Program-made: the position numbers and the translations under genes
Assembly: GCA_951406725.2 (NCBI GenBank)
Contig: OX597816.1
Span: 30,566,001 to 30,630,000 of the forward strand
Reading direction: 5' to 3'
Length of the DNA: 64,000 nt
From: Octopus vulgaris
Lineage: Eukaryota
Shown: positions 11,996 through 24,104 of the stretch, piece by piece
Numbering within the stretch: the stretch's first letter is position 1
Layout: the number at the start of each line of letters is the position of its first letter
The notes under the pieces: generated by a model
Database searches by the model: none
What the model was told of the DNA's origin: nothing
What the model saw: the letters and a program-made list of their open reading frames with translations, nothing else

Positions 11996-12530
11996 AAAGG
12001 TGATAATGATGATGGTCGTAGTGTTAATCATAACATTGACTTGATTGAAAAGTAAAATTTCTGGAAAATTCTAGCAACTGTAGCAATAGAATTCAAAGAT
12101 CTAGTTTTATTCATTCGCAAAATATGCATTTTTTTAAAAAGGAAGTTAAAAAACCTGAAAATGGGCTATAATAATGTACTCTTCCAGTCTTATTGCTATG
12201 AAGGTATGATGTTGTGGAGAAAAAAATTGGAGGAAAAAGTTAGAGAGGTTTAAAAGCCGGAAAAACGCTCTATTTTTAGCTAATAACGAGACAGAAATTT
12301 TCTGCGTTTAGCGCAGCGGTGTCAACTTTAAGGTGATACCTTGTAAAGTTTATAGCGTCTGTGACATGACTTGTTCATTGTAAAGCTTCTAAATAAACAG
12401 GAATACCTAATAAAATCAACAAGTATCACCTTACTGTGTCTTTTGTCTCTTCATTGTTTTTTTTATTATTTCTTATAATTTGTATTATTAATATATTTGT
12501 CTGCGTGTGTTCACTTCATGCGTACTTCAG

Positions 12531-12589
<59 letters not shown>

Positions 12590-12631
12590 TAAATAAACGG
12601 AGTTTAACGCAGATGTAAATCAAATATTTTT

Positions 12632-12703
12632 ACTTTTGACACATGTTTCGAAAATTCCACTGAATAAATGGTATAAACAATGCAATCTTCTCTTCAGGAA
12701 AGT
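12632..12703 (-). ncRNA. Type I hammerhead motif (CUGAAGA core)
   Basis: acuuuc CUGAAGA gaagauu(27-nt loop)aauuuuc GAAA caugug UC aaaagu. 7-bp stem II; GUC triplet; stem I has 5 bp after one C-A mismatch. Confidence 0.7.
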
Positions 12704-12975
12704 GAAAAAAACGAAACTCGTCAATAAGACATTTTAGCAAAAAAATGATGGATTTGTATAGCGATTGACTGAACGCTATTAATATTGTTTAAAAAAACGT
12801 TATATGATATAACGGCATAAGTAGTTTACAGAAAGAGTAGGGATATTAATAGCGAATGTTAAATATAAAGGAAATTAAAGTTTAAATTATATATAATGAT
12901 AGAGACTACTTATATGCACTAAATGTGTGTTTTTTCCAATGATTACATCTGTATGCTCGCTCTATAACCGTGTTT

Positions 12976-13057
<82 letters not shown>

Positions 13058-13202
13058 CGAATGTACTTGCATAGCAAATGACTTGATCCGAGATCTTGTT
13101 CCGAAGCAAAAACAATTGCAGGGTGGAAAATATTTATAAGCCATTTAAGAACACACGCACATACAGAAAGTTAGATTCACTTCAACATTTAAATTTTATT
13201 TG

Positions 13203-13249
13203 TGTCAGAATATTTTCGTCGCTTTGAAACCGCGACCTGTTCACTGACA
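13203..13249 (-). ncRNA. Minimal hammerhead motif, G3-C8 variant
   Basis: uguca GUGAACA g gucgc(gguuucaaa)gcgac GAAA auau UC ugaca. 5-bp stems I and II; palindromic AAUAUU; UUC triplet. Confidence 0.75.
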
Positions 13250-13268
13250 AAACTTCAGCATGAAATTT

Positions 13269-13315
13269 TGTCAGTGAACATGTTGCGGTTTCAAAGCGAC
13301 GAAAATATTTTGACA
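13269..13315 (+). ncRNA. Minimal hammerhead motif, G3-C8 variant (inverted partner)
   Basis: uguca GUGAACA u guugc(gguuucaaa)gcgac GAAA auau UU ugaca; the differences from the partner copy keep the pairing (C-G to U-G). Confidence 0.7.
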
Positions 13316-13400
13316 CACATTAAATTTAAATGCTGAAGTGAATTTAACGGCTTTTTGTCTGTTCAATGGTTTATAAACATCTTCCTTGCTGCAACTGTAT

Positions 13401-13455
<55 letters not shown>

Positions 13456-13470
13456 TGTATACATATATGT

Positions 13471-13505
<35 letters not shown>

Positions 13506-13852
13506 AATATATATACATATCTATATATATATACATACATATACATACACACACACACGCATATATATATATATACACACGTATATTTGTATGTGTGTGT
13601 GTGTATACATATAAATAGATAATATAGTTATGTATATTTATAAATGTATACACACATGCATGCATATGGGTAGAAATGAAACGAATGCATATATATATAT
13701 ATAATGTTGTATTAGGAATAAAGGAAATTTAGTTTATTTAAAATGTGCTTGTGACACATTTAAACTTCTAAAGGTAAATTATCTACAGTTACCAAGGTGA
13801 AAGATTTCTCGCTTATGGGTATGTTGTGAATCTACCTTTAGAAGTTGAAATA

Positions 13853-15110
13853 TCAGATTGAGTCAACCTGATTTTTTGTATTTCAAACTACAAGTAACAG
13901 TTCAAGCAAATTACATACGAAGAGCGTTCATAGAATCAAAATATATTCCATCGTAAGTTATTGTCTGTTGCCGTCGTTGTGCTAGTAGCTCATATTCGAC
14001 ACTTATACTATTTAGTTGGTTTAGAGGCAAAACACTCCCTGTACCTGTTTTCAACCTCACTGTCGTTGTCGAACCTTCATCCATGCAGGCAATGGTCTAT
14101 GACTAAAAGATTTGTAATCTGATGGTGCAATGTTTGGACTGCAGGCAGTGCGAGGTAGCACGTTCAGCCCTCCTAGTTTCTCAAGTTTACGCCTAGTCTC
14201 ATTGGCTGTGATAGTTGGAGAACTGTCATGCTTTTCGAGTGCGTGTTTTTGATTGACTGATGCCCGCTAGTGGGCTTTCAGAGCAGCATATACTTACAGC
14301 AGGTGTTGTACATTACAGTTAGCGTTCACAATATGACCATTTGGGATAAGCTCAAAGTGCCAACACTCTCGAAATTCTACCAAACACACAACATGACCAT
14401 CTGTTCAACCCTTACCTTATTTCACAACAGGTTATGAATCCTGGGCGGAGAGAATCCAGTGATTTCTTTCATTAAAATTATAAAATAGATTTATGTTTGA
14501 TCCCTACTCTTCATTCGACGCTGAAAAAGCGTATCACGAAGAAATGCCAGCAGTTGTTTGCAAATATTTACACGTCATTGGTCAAATTATGAAGAACTTT
14601 TCGACAGCCTCTGTTCACAAGGTCGAGCTATATAGAGGTGTCGACTGATGATGCTTTGTGGAGGACCAAGTTCCGACATTGTACGAGTGCCTGTGCTTGT
14701 GTGTTGCTCAGCCAGTTCAAGTAAGTTCTCACCTACCGCAACAAAAGATTTCCTTAAGTTTGGTATATCTTCGACTGATATCACCCTCCTTGAAACGTCT
14801 GAACCAGTTTTGTGCCACACGTTCGTTGACAGTTCCTGGGCCTTGAACATTACTAACTTCTTTTGTCGCTGATTTTTCACTCCATCCTTTTATCCACAGG
14901 TAGCGTAAAATGGCTGTAATTACAATTTTTCCACCGTTCCTTACCAAAGCTGTATAAACAATTAATGTTTGCATGTTATATACGAAAATAAAAAATAAAC
15001 AATTCATCAACAATTGGACAAGTTGTATCAAATTATTGATGATGCGACAAAGAGATACAAGTTGCTAAAAAATCATCGGTGAAAATCCGAAATCTTTTAA
15101 CTTAGCCTGA
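13853..15110 (-). mobile_element. Decayed mariner (Tc1/mariner) DNA transposon
   Basis: N-terminal NERVAQNWFRRFKEGDIS (HTH region) and C-terminal HDSSPTITANETRRKLEKLGGLNVLPRTACSPNIAPSDY (cf. HDNARPH...YSPDLAPSDY); diverged TA-flanked TIR candidates TA|TCAGATTGAGTCAA and TA|TCAGGCTAAGTTAA about 1.26 kb apart. Confidence 0.8.
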
Positions 15111-15155
15111 TATGTCACAAATATATTTTAACTAAGCTAAAGTTCATGCATATGG

Positions 15156-15512
15156 AAGCACTCCGTCGGTTACGACGGCGAGGGTTCCGTTTGATCCGAA
15201 TCAACGGAACAGCCTGCTCGTGAAATTAACGTGTAAGTGGCTGAGCACTCCACAGACACGTGTACCCTTAACGTAGTTCTCGGGGATATTCAGCGTGACA
15301 CAGAGAGTGACAAGGCCGGCCCTTTGAAATACAGGTACAACAGAAACATGGTGGTGAAAGAGTACAGCAGGGATCACCACCATCCCCTGCCAGAGCCTCG
15401 TGGAGCTTTTAGGTGTTTTCGCTCAATAAACACTCACAACGCCCGGTCTGGGAATCGAAACCGCGATCCTATGACCGCGAGTCCGCTGCCCTAACCACTG
15501 GGCCATTGCGCA
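15156..15512 (-). mobile_element. SINE family C
   Basis: Near-identical to 7213-7593 with a small internal deletion. Confidence 0.9.
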
Positions 15513-16161
15513 TCGACTCATGCATATATAGGATTTGGTTAAATCTGAAGAGGGATGGCCTCCGTCAGTTTTAAATGCTGAAGGTACGCTGAAGGCGATG
15601 ATGTGCCCCTATGACGCCACCAGAAATTGACGGCCTCAAATTCATTAGATAACTGTGTGCAGAGTACACTGTTACCGAAGGAGAAAAATATACTGCTGTG
15701 TCATGGCTGAGGTGCCTTTAATTACAGATCAGCTCCATCAACTAACTTTTTCAAAGGTGGACAGCACCAGGTTGACAAGCGAAAAATAACGAAATAGATA
15801 GTAAGTAGGATTGAGAGAAAGAGATGATGAAGGTACGAGTGTGTAACGATGACTAATCATTCCACTCTTTCTCTTATCAATTGCACATCACATAGAGAGG
15901 TTCTAATGGGTTGATTATCCTGTATTATCCTGCATTAACCCACTGTTGGCAACCGACCCAGAATGCTTTTAACCTGATTCTGACAATACTGAGTTATGCG
16001 TGTATATGTATGTGGATGTTTCTACATTTGTGTGTGTAGGTTTTGCACGAGTATGTGCGCATGTATGTATATGCGCAACTGTATTCATGCGTTTGTGTAT
16101 ATCTATGAGTTCATGATATATGTCTCCGTATGCTTGTGTAAACTTCCATATCTCTGTATGA

Positions 16162-16232
<71 letters not shown>

Positions 16233-16845
16233 TATGTATCTATATGTGTATGTGTATATTGTTAAAAATGTATGAATTATGTTTGTGTCTGTGTGGTTTT
16301 TGTAATGGTTTATGGTTGACAAGATAGGTGGTTTTACAACGTTTCTGAGCTTAAGCATATACACATACACACATGCATACATAGACACTCAAATACATGT
16401 AGAGGCATGTACGTACAAAGACACTGAAATATCTACACTCACATAGCTACAAATGTATATATAATCATATATGTAAAACAACATTTGTCAGTTTCGACTA
16501 ACGGGCAGGTAACGTAGATGCATCCAGAAGAGGGCAAACCGACTCACCAGTATAAAAGGAATCACCTTCAGCCATCAGTCGCAGGACCAAAGGCGCGCTG
16601 TGTCCACTCTATATTTAGTACTGATACTAAAATGTTCTATGCAACTAAAATGGTCTCTGTATCTTTTGTATTCCTACTAAAATCGCCTCGGCGCATGACA
16701 CTCCCACTTACACATTCCCGACCTATTTGTCTATTCTCCTCCCGCCACTCTTGTTATGTCATCCTCCTTCTCCAGGCCCTACGATAATCATTACGTTTAT
16801 ACCCCCAGATGTTTTGCTTCTAGAAGTGTTTTCCCGCTCCTGAGT

Positions 16846-17150
16846 GGATGCACATGGCCTAGTGGTTAGAGCAGCGGACTCGCGGTCGACGGATCACGGG
16901 TTCGAGTTTCAGACCGAGTGATGTGTGTGTTTATGAGCGAAAACACCTAAGCTCTACGCGGCTCCGGCAGAAGGTAATGGAGAACTTCTGCTGACTCTTT
17001 CGCCACAACTTTCTCTTACTCTTTCCTCCTGCATCTTGCAGCTCATCTGAGACGGACCGGCGTCCCGTCCAGGTGGGGAACCTATACACCAAGAAACCGG
17101 GAAACCGGCCCTTATGAGGCAGGCATGGCTCGAGAAAGAACAAACAACAA
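16846..17150 (+). mobile_element. SINE with a family-C-like tRNA head and a different 3' tail
   Basis: TGGCCTAGTGGTTAGAGCAGCGGACTCGCGG head and body match family C up to CACAACTTTCTC; then an unrelated tail ending in (CAA)n. Confidence 0.75.
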
Positions 17151-18758
17151 ACTACTTCCTCTCCTGTCTTTCCGACATGATTTTTGACACAAAAGGTTCA
17201 ATCGGAACACCATCTACATCAATCTGGAAAGAGCTGCAAAGGTCATATGCCATGCTGCTTCTTCCAGAGAAGCGAAATCTTGACGCAGTTCTTAGGTGAA
17301 AACAAAAAAACAAACAAACGAAAAAAAAAAAACGTGATACAATGTGACAAAGCTACACCATTGAAAGTTAGATACAATCCAGGCAGAAAGTTAGAAATAA
17401 GAATATACCCCAGTTCTGAACTGGTTCTTTATTTATCGACTCTAATAGGGTAAAAGTAAAAACTAAGCACAAAGAATTTTTCAGGAGGCAGACTACTAAA
17501 CATTCTTTCCGACGCTGTAATGATTCTGCGAATCCGACGGCTTTCTAATCTAAGTACACCATAATCTACAAGAGAATAATGACATTCAATAATTGCTCAT
17601 TCAACATTTATTTTACTTTTCACATCTCTTAGCTATCTAATTGGCGTTAAAATCAAATTCATATCTATATTAAACAATCTATTTATTGATTCTTTGAATT
17701 AATTCACATATCTATTTAGCTAAACTGTAATATTTACACAAAGAATGCCAGGCAAAATTATACAAATTTTTCATAGACTTGAATAGCATTCCGAATGATT
17801 GTCAACTTGATGATTATGTTGGTGAACCCGTTGAGTTTACTGACATGTATCATATGCTTCATATGCCTGAAACAAAAAGTATAATCCAAAAATAATTCTA
17901 CCTCAAAATACATCACCTTTTCCTGCCCAAGGGTAAATCTTTCGTGACAAATACGACAAATGCGATTCATTTGTAAAACATGCGTTAGTCAAACGTAAAA
18001 TATTTTATAGAAGATGCGGAAGATACTGAAACTATAATCCCAGACGACTGGAGGCCAGAAAGTGACTTACGCTTCCCTACGGCCCCCAAATTACATTGCT
18101 GAATCTATTCAGCAGGTAAAGTATAAGGTATCCTATATCAATTAGAACCACAACAATAGCACACAAACACACACAAATCGCAAAAATACATTTTCTACAA
18201 CTATATAACACACACACACACTACTGTACAACAAAACTATGATATACATGAGGAAATATATAAAAGAAACTTTGTATTGTATAAGAGTAGCATGAGAATA
18301 GTTTTCAGTAAGAATAATTTAGACTTAAGGAAAGAACAACACATAAAATATGTTTGCAAGAAAAGATGGTTTGATAGCTGGCAGAAAACAGTTAGGGCAA
18401 CAGAGAAAGGAACTGGAGATACAATGATATATAATAGTTAAAGGAAACACTGAGAATGCCTATATAATTTACTGGTGCGGATCTAAAATAAATAACAGCT
18501 GTATGAACAATGAAACAATGAGAATAATAGATGTCAGAAGGAAGCCTAGAGTATACAGTGATATAGAAACAGTTAAAACAAACATTGATAATTATATAAA
18601 GGGCTGAGAGAGTAAAGAGAAAGGAGAGAGAGAGGGAAAGAAAGACAGAGAAAGAGAGAAAGATAATATCTCGAATCTGTCTATCTGTTTATCTATCTAT
18701 CTGTCTGTCTTAGTCTGTCGGTCTGTCTGTCTAGTTGTCTGAATGTCTGTCTGTCTCA

Positions 18759-18829
<71 letters not shown>

Positions 18830-18944
18830 ATAGTAAAGAGTGAAAAAACTACAGAAGGCTTAAATGTTAAAAAATATATATATTTGCGTCAATATGTCTG
18901 AAGAATATTAGAAAATTTTTTTTCTCTATAATGACATAATTTAA

Positions 18945-18983
18945 AAGAAAGACCGGTTTCGCGTGTAGCTTTTCAAATTTCTT
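18945..18983 (-). ncRNA. Minimal hammerhead motif (U3-A8) in the inverted pLTR
   Basis: Reverse complement of 22303-22341. Confidence 0.65.
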
Positions 18984-19593
18984 GCGACGTTATGTTTATA
19001 TTGAATAGAGTTTTCGTTATGTTTATGTACAAGAGAGTTCTAAATAAGGGAAGGTAGTGAGTGATTTCTTCCGGTGTAAGGGAGAAAATCGCTTAAAAAT
19101 TTTTTCCTTTCCCTTGGTGTGAATTTCTCTGTATCAGTCCCTCTGTATACCGAGGGACAACCCCTCGAAAATACATTAGATCATTGGAAGGATACCTGTG
19201 AAAAAGAAGAGAGAAATTCTCTCCTGCGCTGGGAGAAAAACATGGACTTCTTCCAAAAATATAGTGCAACTTTCAAAAATGAATTGGGTACAAATAATCC
19301 CTTCCTTAAGAAAATTACAAAAAAAAAAAAGAAAAACCAAACAACCCACGAACAACCCCCAACTATCCTCCATACACTAAAAACAGAAATCACCCACAAC
19401 CAACCTTTGCAAACCACGCAAGACCTAACAGGGAACTAGCTGACAGAAACTAGCTGACAGACGACGCGTCTATGAAATAAATTACACCAAAAACAGAACA
19501 CACCAACAACATCCTAATACCAGACCCAACCACCATACAGCACAAAACGACACTAGAATAAGAAATACACCACACACAAGTCGCTACTACCCC

Positions 19594-21744
19594 ATGAACC
19601 AAAATTACTGGTCCCCACTAAACACAAGACAAACGCAAAAAAACACTATGTCAAGCAACATCCCACTTACAAGCAGTTCGAAACAAAAATATTTCTCATA
19701 CAGAAATTTTACACACACCACAAACAAAAACAACCATAGATTCCCCTACACACAACGATCGGGGGCATCAATACCACCACTCCCCCGACCCAATATCACA
19801 CAACCTCACAGACAACTCATACAAACAAAATTATACCCAACATTTTTCAGCCAGGGACCAGGGACACCAGGACACAGGCTGGAACCCAGTAATAAGGAAA
19901 AACCGAAGATAATCAATCTTTCAACCAAACCTCTTTCTAACATAAAAATTGACATCCTCTCAAAAGGGCTCAAATTTGCACCAACTCCACGCAGAGCCAA
20001 CCTAAATGAACTCAAGGATAATATAACAGAATTTTGCAGAAAATTAAGACTAGCAGAAGCATCAACCAGTTTCAATACTGAAGATGAATCACTAGTCAAG
20101 AACAAAAGTGAACACATCCCACACAGAGGAAGAAATAAAGATCTTGACGAATTCTGTAACCACATTGAGAACTTTCCCTACCATACTATACATAAACAGA
20201 AAGTTAACTCAAATTTTAACACTACACAATGGAAAGAACTGATAGAACTTCAAAATGATGAGTATATAACCATTAAGGAAGCAGACAAGGGAAATGCAGT
20301 TGTAATAATGGATACATCATACTACAGAAATCTTGTAATTTCCTTGCTTGATGACGACCTACATTATGAAAAAATTACCAACTACACCCCACAAAAAATA
20401 ATGAAAACTCTATCTTCACTAATTAAAACCCATGAAAAGGAACTAACAACCAAAGAGATTGACTTCCTAACAAACTTTAAATGCAAACCTAGCCTTTTCT
20501 ATGGTCTGCCAAAAATTCATAAAAGTCAAATTATAAATGAAACCATTAAAAAATCACCAAAGACATACATACACACACCTAACCCGGGGGAACTAAAACT
20601 ACGACCCATTGTAGCTGGCCCAACCTGTGAAACACACAGACTAAGTCTACTTATGGACATCGTCCTGAAACCCTTCCTTAAACATATCGATAGCCATATC
20701 AGAGATGACTTAGATATGTTAAACCACCTTCCAAAAAAAGCCAAGGAAGAAACAATCCTGGTTTCATTTGATGTAGTTAACTTATATACCAGTATACCTC
20801 ATAATTATGGACTGGAGGCAATACAGTTCTGGTTAGACCAATTTCCGGAAGAAATACCAAAAAGGATCAGTAAAGAATTCATTACTAAATCAATTGAATT
20901 CATCCTACACAATAACCACTTCATGTTTGACAATACATTTTACCGTCAAAAATCCGGAATTGCTATGAGTACAAGGGCAGCACCAGTCATTGCGAACTTA
21001 ACAATGGGATACATGGAAATAATCATTTACCAGGAATCTTTATCAATCTTTGGAAACCCCCTCTCTCAATACATAAAAGAGAATTGGAAACGATTCTTAG
21101 ACGATTGTTTTATTCTCTGGAATGAAAACACAGATAAACTCCTAAAATTTAAGAACCTATTGAACAGCATAAACCCAAATATACAGTTCACAATGGAATA
21201 CAACCAAAAGGAGCTCCCGTTCTTGGATATACTAATTAAAAAAATTAACCTTAAAATAGAAACAGACATTTTTTACAAAGCCACAGACGCCAAACAATAC
21301 CTTCTTTTTAATTCATGCCACCCAAGACACACTAAAACAAACATCCCCTTCAACCTTGCAAGAAGGATATGCACAATAGTGTCAGAACAAAATACCAGGA
21401 ACTTTAGACTGCAAGAACTCAAAAACACCCTAATTGACAGACATTACCCAGCTCAACTCATAGAGGATGGGATCAGACGTGCAACAGAAAGCAACATAGA
21501 AACTTTAAGAAAAGTTCAACACAACAATACACCTTCCCCGAAAATACTACCTTACATATCTACATACAACCCCAGAAACAAAGAAGCCTTCACCATCATC
21601 ACCCAGAATTTACCAATACTTCATAAAGACCCCAAATTAAAGGAAATTCTAAACACACACAAAATAATTAAAAGCTACAAACAGCCTAAATCACTCAAAA
21701 AGATTCTCACAAAGGCAAAATTGTCTTCTGAAATTACGGAGTAA
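19594..21744 (+). CDS. PLE reverse transcriptase (716-aa open portion; frameshifted before the endonuclease)
   Basis: LSKGLKFAPTP, IKEADKGNAVVIMD, FYGLPKIHK, LRPIV, LVSFDVVNLYTSIP, QKSGIAMS, WKRFLDD, LPFLD and SCHPRHTK are hallmark PLE RT/thumb motifs. Confidence 0.9.
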   Translation: MNQNYWSPLNTRQTQKNTMSSNIPLTSSSKQKYFSYRNFTHTTNKNNHRFPYTQRSGASIPPLPRPNITQPHRQLIQTKLYPTFFSQGPGTPGHRLEPSNKEKPKIINLSTKPLSNIKIDILSKGLKFAPTPRRANLNELKDNITEFCRKLRLAEASTSFNTEDESLVKNKSEHIPHRGRNKDLDEFCNHIENFPYHTIHKQKVNSNFNTTQWKELIELQNDEYITIKEADKGNAVVIMDTSYYRNLVISLLDDDLHYEKITNYTPQKIMKTLSSLIKTHEKELTTKEIDFLTNFKCKPSLFYGLPKIHKSQIINETIKKSPKTYIHTPNPGELKLRPIVAGPTCETHRLSLLMDIVLKPFLKHIDSHIRDDLDMLNHLPKKAKEETILVSFDVVNLYTSIPHNYGLEAIQFWLDQFPEEIPKRISKEFITKSIEFILHNNHFMFDNTFYRQKSGIAMSTRAAPVIANLTMGYMEIIIYQESLSIFGNPLSQYIKENWKRFLDDCFILWNENTDKLLKFKNLLNSINPNIQFTMEYNQKELPFLDILIKKINLKIETDIFYKATDAKQYLLFNSCHPRHTKTNIPFNLARRICTIVSEQNTRNFRLQELKNTLIDRHYPAQLIEDGIRRATESNIETLRKVQHNNTPSPKILPYISTYNPRNKEAFTIITQNLPILHKDPKLKEILNTHKIIKSYKQPKSLKKILTKAKLSSEITE

Positions 21745-22193
21745 AAAAATGTGGTAGATCGAACTGTGCAACATGTCCTAACCTGCTAGAAGGATCAGAA
21801 TTCCTCTTTAAAGAGGGACAGAAATTCAAGATCAAATCTAACTTTACTTGTGCCTCTGAAAACATAATTTATGTCATAAAATGCTCGGGCTGCCACCAAG
21901 ACTACGTGGGTTCCACGGGACTATCACTCAGACGTAGATGCACACTGCATCGACAACAGTTTGCATTCCCAGAATATAGAATGATACCTTTTAGTGAGCA
22001 CATTGAGAAATGCGCAAAGCAACTACTACCACAATTTTTAATCTTTCCATTTTACCAATGTGCTTTCGGATCATCAACACATATTAGACTAAACAAGGAA
22101 ACATTCTTCATTGAAAAGTACAAGCCCAGACTCAACCATCCGAACATACTGATACAGAGAAATTCACACCAAGGGATGGGAAAACATTTTTAA
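21733..22193 (+). pseudogene. Cys-rich linker plus GIY-YIG endonuclease of the same PLE (-1 frame)
   Basis: NYGVKKCGRSNCATC...FTCASENIIYVIKCSGCHQDYVGSTGLSLRRRCTLHR...IRLNKETFFIEKYKPRLN; separated from the RT by one apparent 1-nt deletion near 21733. Confidence 0.88.
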
Positions 22194-22302
22194 GCGATTA
22201 TCTCCCTTACACCGAAAGAAATCACTCACTACCTTCCGTTATTTAGAACTCTCCTGTACATAAACATAACGAAAACTCTATTCAATATAAACATAACGTC
22301 GC

Positions 22303-22341
22303 AAGAAATTTGAAAAGCTACACGCGAAACCGGTCTTTCTT
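22303..22341 (+). ncRNA. Minimal hammerhead motif (U3-A8) in the PLE 3' pLTR
   Basis: aagaaa u UUGAAAA gc(uacac)gc GAAA ccgg UC uuucuu. 6-bp stem I with one extra U; palindromic ACCGGU; GUC triplet; on the sense strand of the ORF. Confidence 0.7.
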
Positions 22342-22570
22342 TTAAATTATGTCATTATAAGAGAAGAAAAAAAAAAAAATTTTCTAATATTCTTCAGACA
22401 TATTGACGCAAATATATATATTTTTTAACATTTAAGCCTTCTGTAGTTTTTTCACTTTACTATTTTCTATATATTCACCTACGTGCTTTCACAAACCAAC
22501 TTTCTTATATATATATATATATATATAACGGGAAGCTTTATGAAAATAAACAAAAGACGAAGGCAGGTGG

Positions 22571-22664
<94 letters not shown>

Positions 22665-22673
22665 ATATATATA

Positions 22674-22826
22674 AGCGCAGGAGTGGCTGTGTGGTAAGTA
22701 GCTTGCTTACGAACCACATGGTTCCGGGTTCAGTCCACTGCGTGGCACTTTGGGCAAGTGTCTTCTACTATAGCCTCGGGCCGACCAAAGCCTTGTGAGT
22801 GGATTTGGTAGACGGCGTATATATGC

Positions 22827-22858
<32 letters not shown>

Positions 22859-23012
22859 CTGTTTGTCCCGCAACATCGCTTGACAACCGATGGTGGTGTG
22901 TTTACCAGCGGTTCGGCAAAAGAGACCGATAGGCTTACAAAGAATAAGTCCTGGGATCGATTTGCTCGACTAAAGGCAGTGCTCCAGCATGGTTGCAGTC
23001 AAATGACTGAAA
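22674..23012 (+). mobile_element. SINE family A (internally deleted)
   Basis: Aligns by eye to 5916-6315. Confidence 0.85.
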
Positions 23013-23214
23013 CCAACCGATATTTCATATATCCAGAACAATGCAACACAGGCTCACCACACAATATTAAACGTTTAAATATGACTTTATGAAATAAAAG
23101 CTAAGTATTGTTAAAAAAAAATTTAGAAGAAAATATGTTTAAAAGAAACAGGGGATAAAGATTTAGAAACAACACTTACAACAGAGATAAGAATATAGAA
23201 GGCAGAATTAGATA

Positions 23215-23612
23215 TCTTTATATATAAAAGTCAAGTTGTGTGTCTGTCTCCTACGATTTAGATTCCTAACTACTCCCACATTTTGCGGTGCAGCTTAACC
23301 AAAACCGGGTATCTTATAGTCGTGATTCATATCGAGCCCTTCTGGGCATTAGCGCGCGTCTACAATGAGTCTACGATTAAAAAAAAATTTACCATCATTT
23401 TTTTCCATTTTAATGCATTTTTTCGCTATTATATAAGGGAGGTAACTCTCTAAAAATGTCTACGATGAGTCAACGATTAAAAAAAAAATTACCATTATTT
23501 TTTTCCCATTTCTAATGCATTTGTTTTTGCTATTTTTTGGCTATAACTCTCTAAAAATGCTTATATAGTTATTTCCCTTACAAACCCGAGCAACGCTGGG
23601 CGATACTGCTAG
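23215..23612 (+). mobile_element. Non-autonomous Helitron
   Basis: 5' TC terminus (TCTTTATATATAAAA), subterminal hairpin CCCGAGCAACGCTGGG, 3' CTAG, inserted at A|T; termini shared with 49024-49640. Confidence 0.8.
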
Positions 23613-24104
23613 TTAGAACTAAAAGTAACATTGTTAACTGCAACATAAAAGACTGACGTGGAGGTAACAAGATAAACGCATAAAAATTATTTATACTTAT
23701 GCTACCTCACTCTTCTTAAATAGAATGTAACTCGACTAGTATTACTCGTTACTTTGGAAGGTAACTTTGCAAGGATACATTTACGCCATGGGCAATATCA
23801 ATAAGTAAGGCATACATACAAGAGTTATAATTTAATTTTTATCAGAATGTTCTGATGTTTATGTAAAGTGATTTGATCTAGACTAATTTTCGAAAAAAAA
23901 ATTATTACGTTAAACTAGAATTAAACGAAACAAAAAAGAAAAAAAGCTTTCTCATTTGCATAACTTTTTCTATAACTACTGTGTCATTTACTCCTGCTTC
24001 TCCTCTTGCCACCAAACCTGGCATATGCACTCATCCTGCACCTTTCTATGTGTCTATTTCTTTACTCTATCTCCCCGCCTCTCTCTATGCAATATAAATG
24101 GCTG

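Larger units (their letters stand above)
18829..22464 (+). mobile_element. Penelope-like retroelement, Neptune-type, with inverted pLTR (18829-19138 vs 22148-22464)
   Basis: About 310-bp terminal inverted repeat, a 5'-truncated ORF with RT and GIY-YIG, and (TA)n/(GA)n flanks. Confidence 0.9.

Noticed and set aside
12329-12433. Short inverted repeat TAAGGTGATAC...GTATCACCTTA
   Set aside because: Possibly a tiny MITE, but it is a single copy with short arms and no clear TSD.
15545-15575. CTGAAGA followed by a short GC hairpin
   Set aside because: No downstream GAAA or stem III.
17750-18125. Possible very old piggyBac-like transposase trace
   Set aside because: Too degenerate to support by eye; needs a translated HMM search.
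18893-18938. CTGAAGA-ATATTA-GAAA in the inverted pLTR
   Set aside because: No stem II closing pair and G at position 17; the better motif lies on the opposite strand at 18945-18983.
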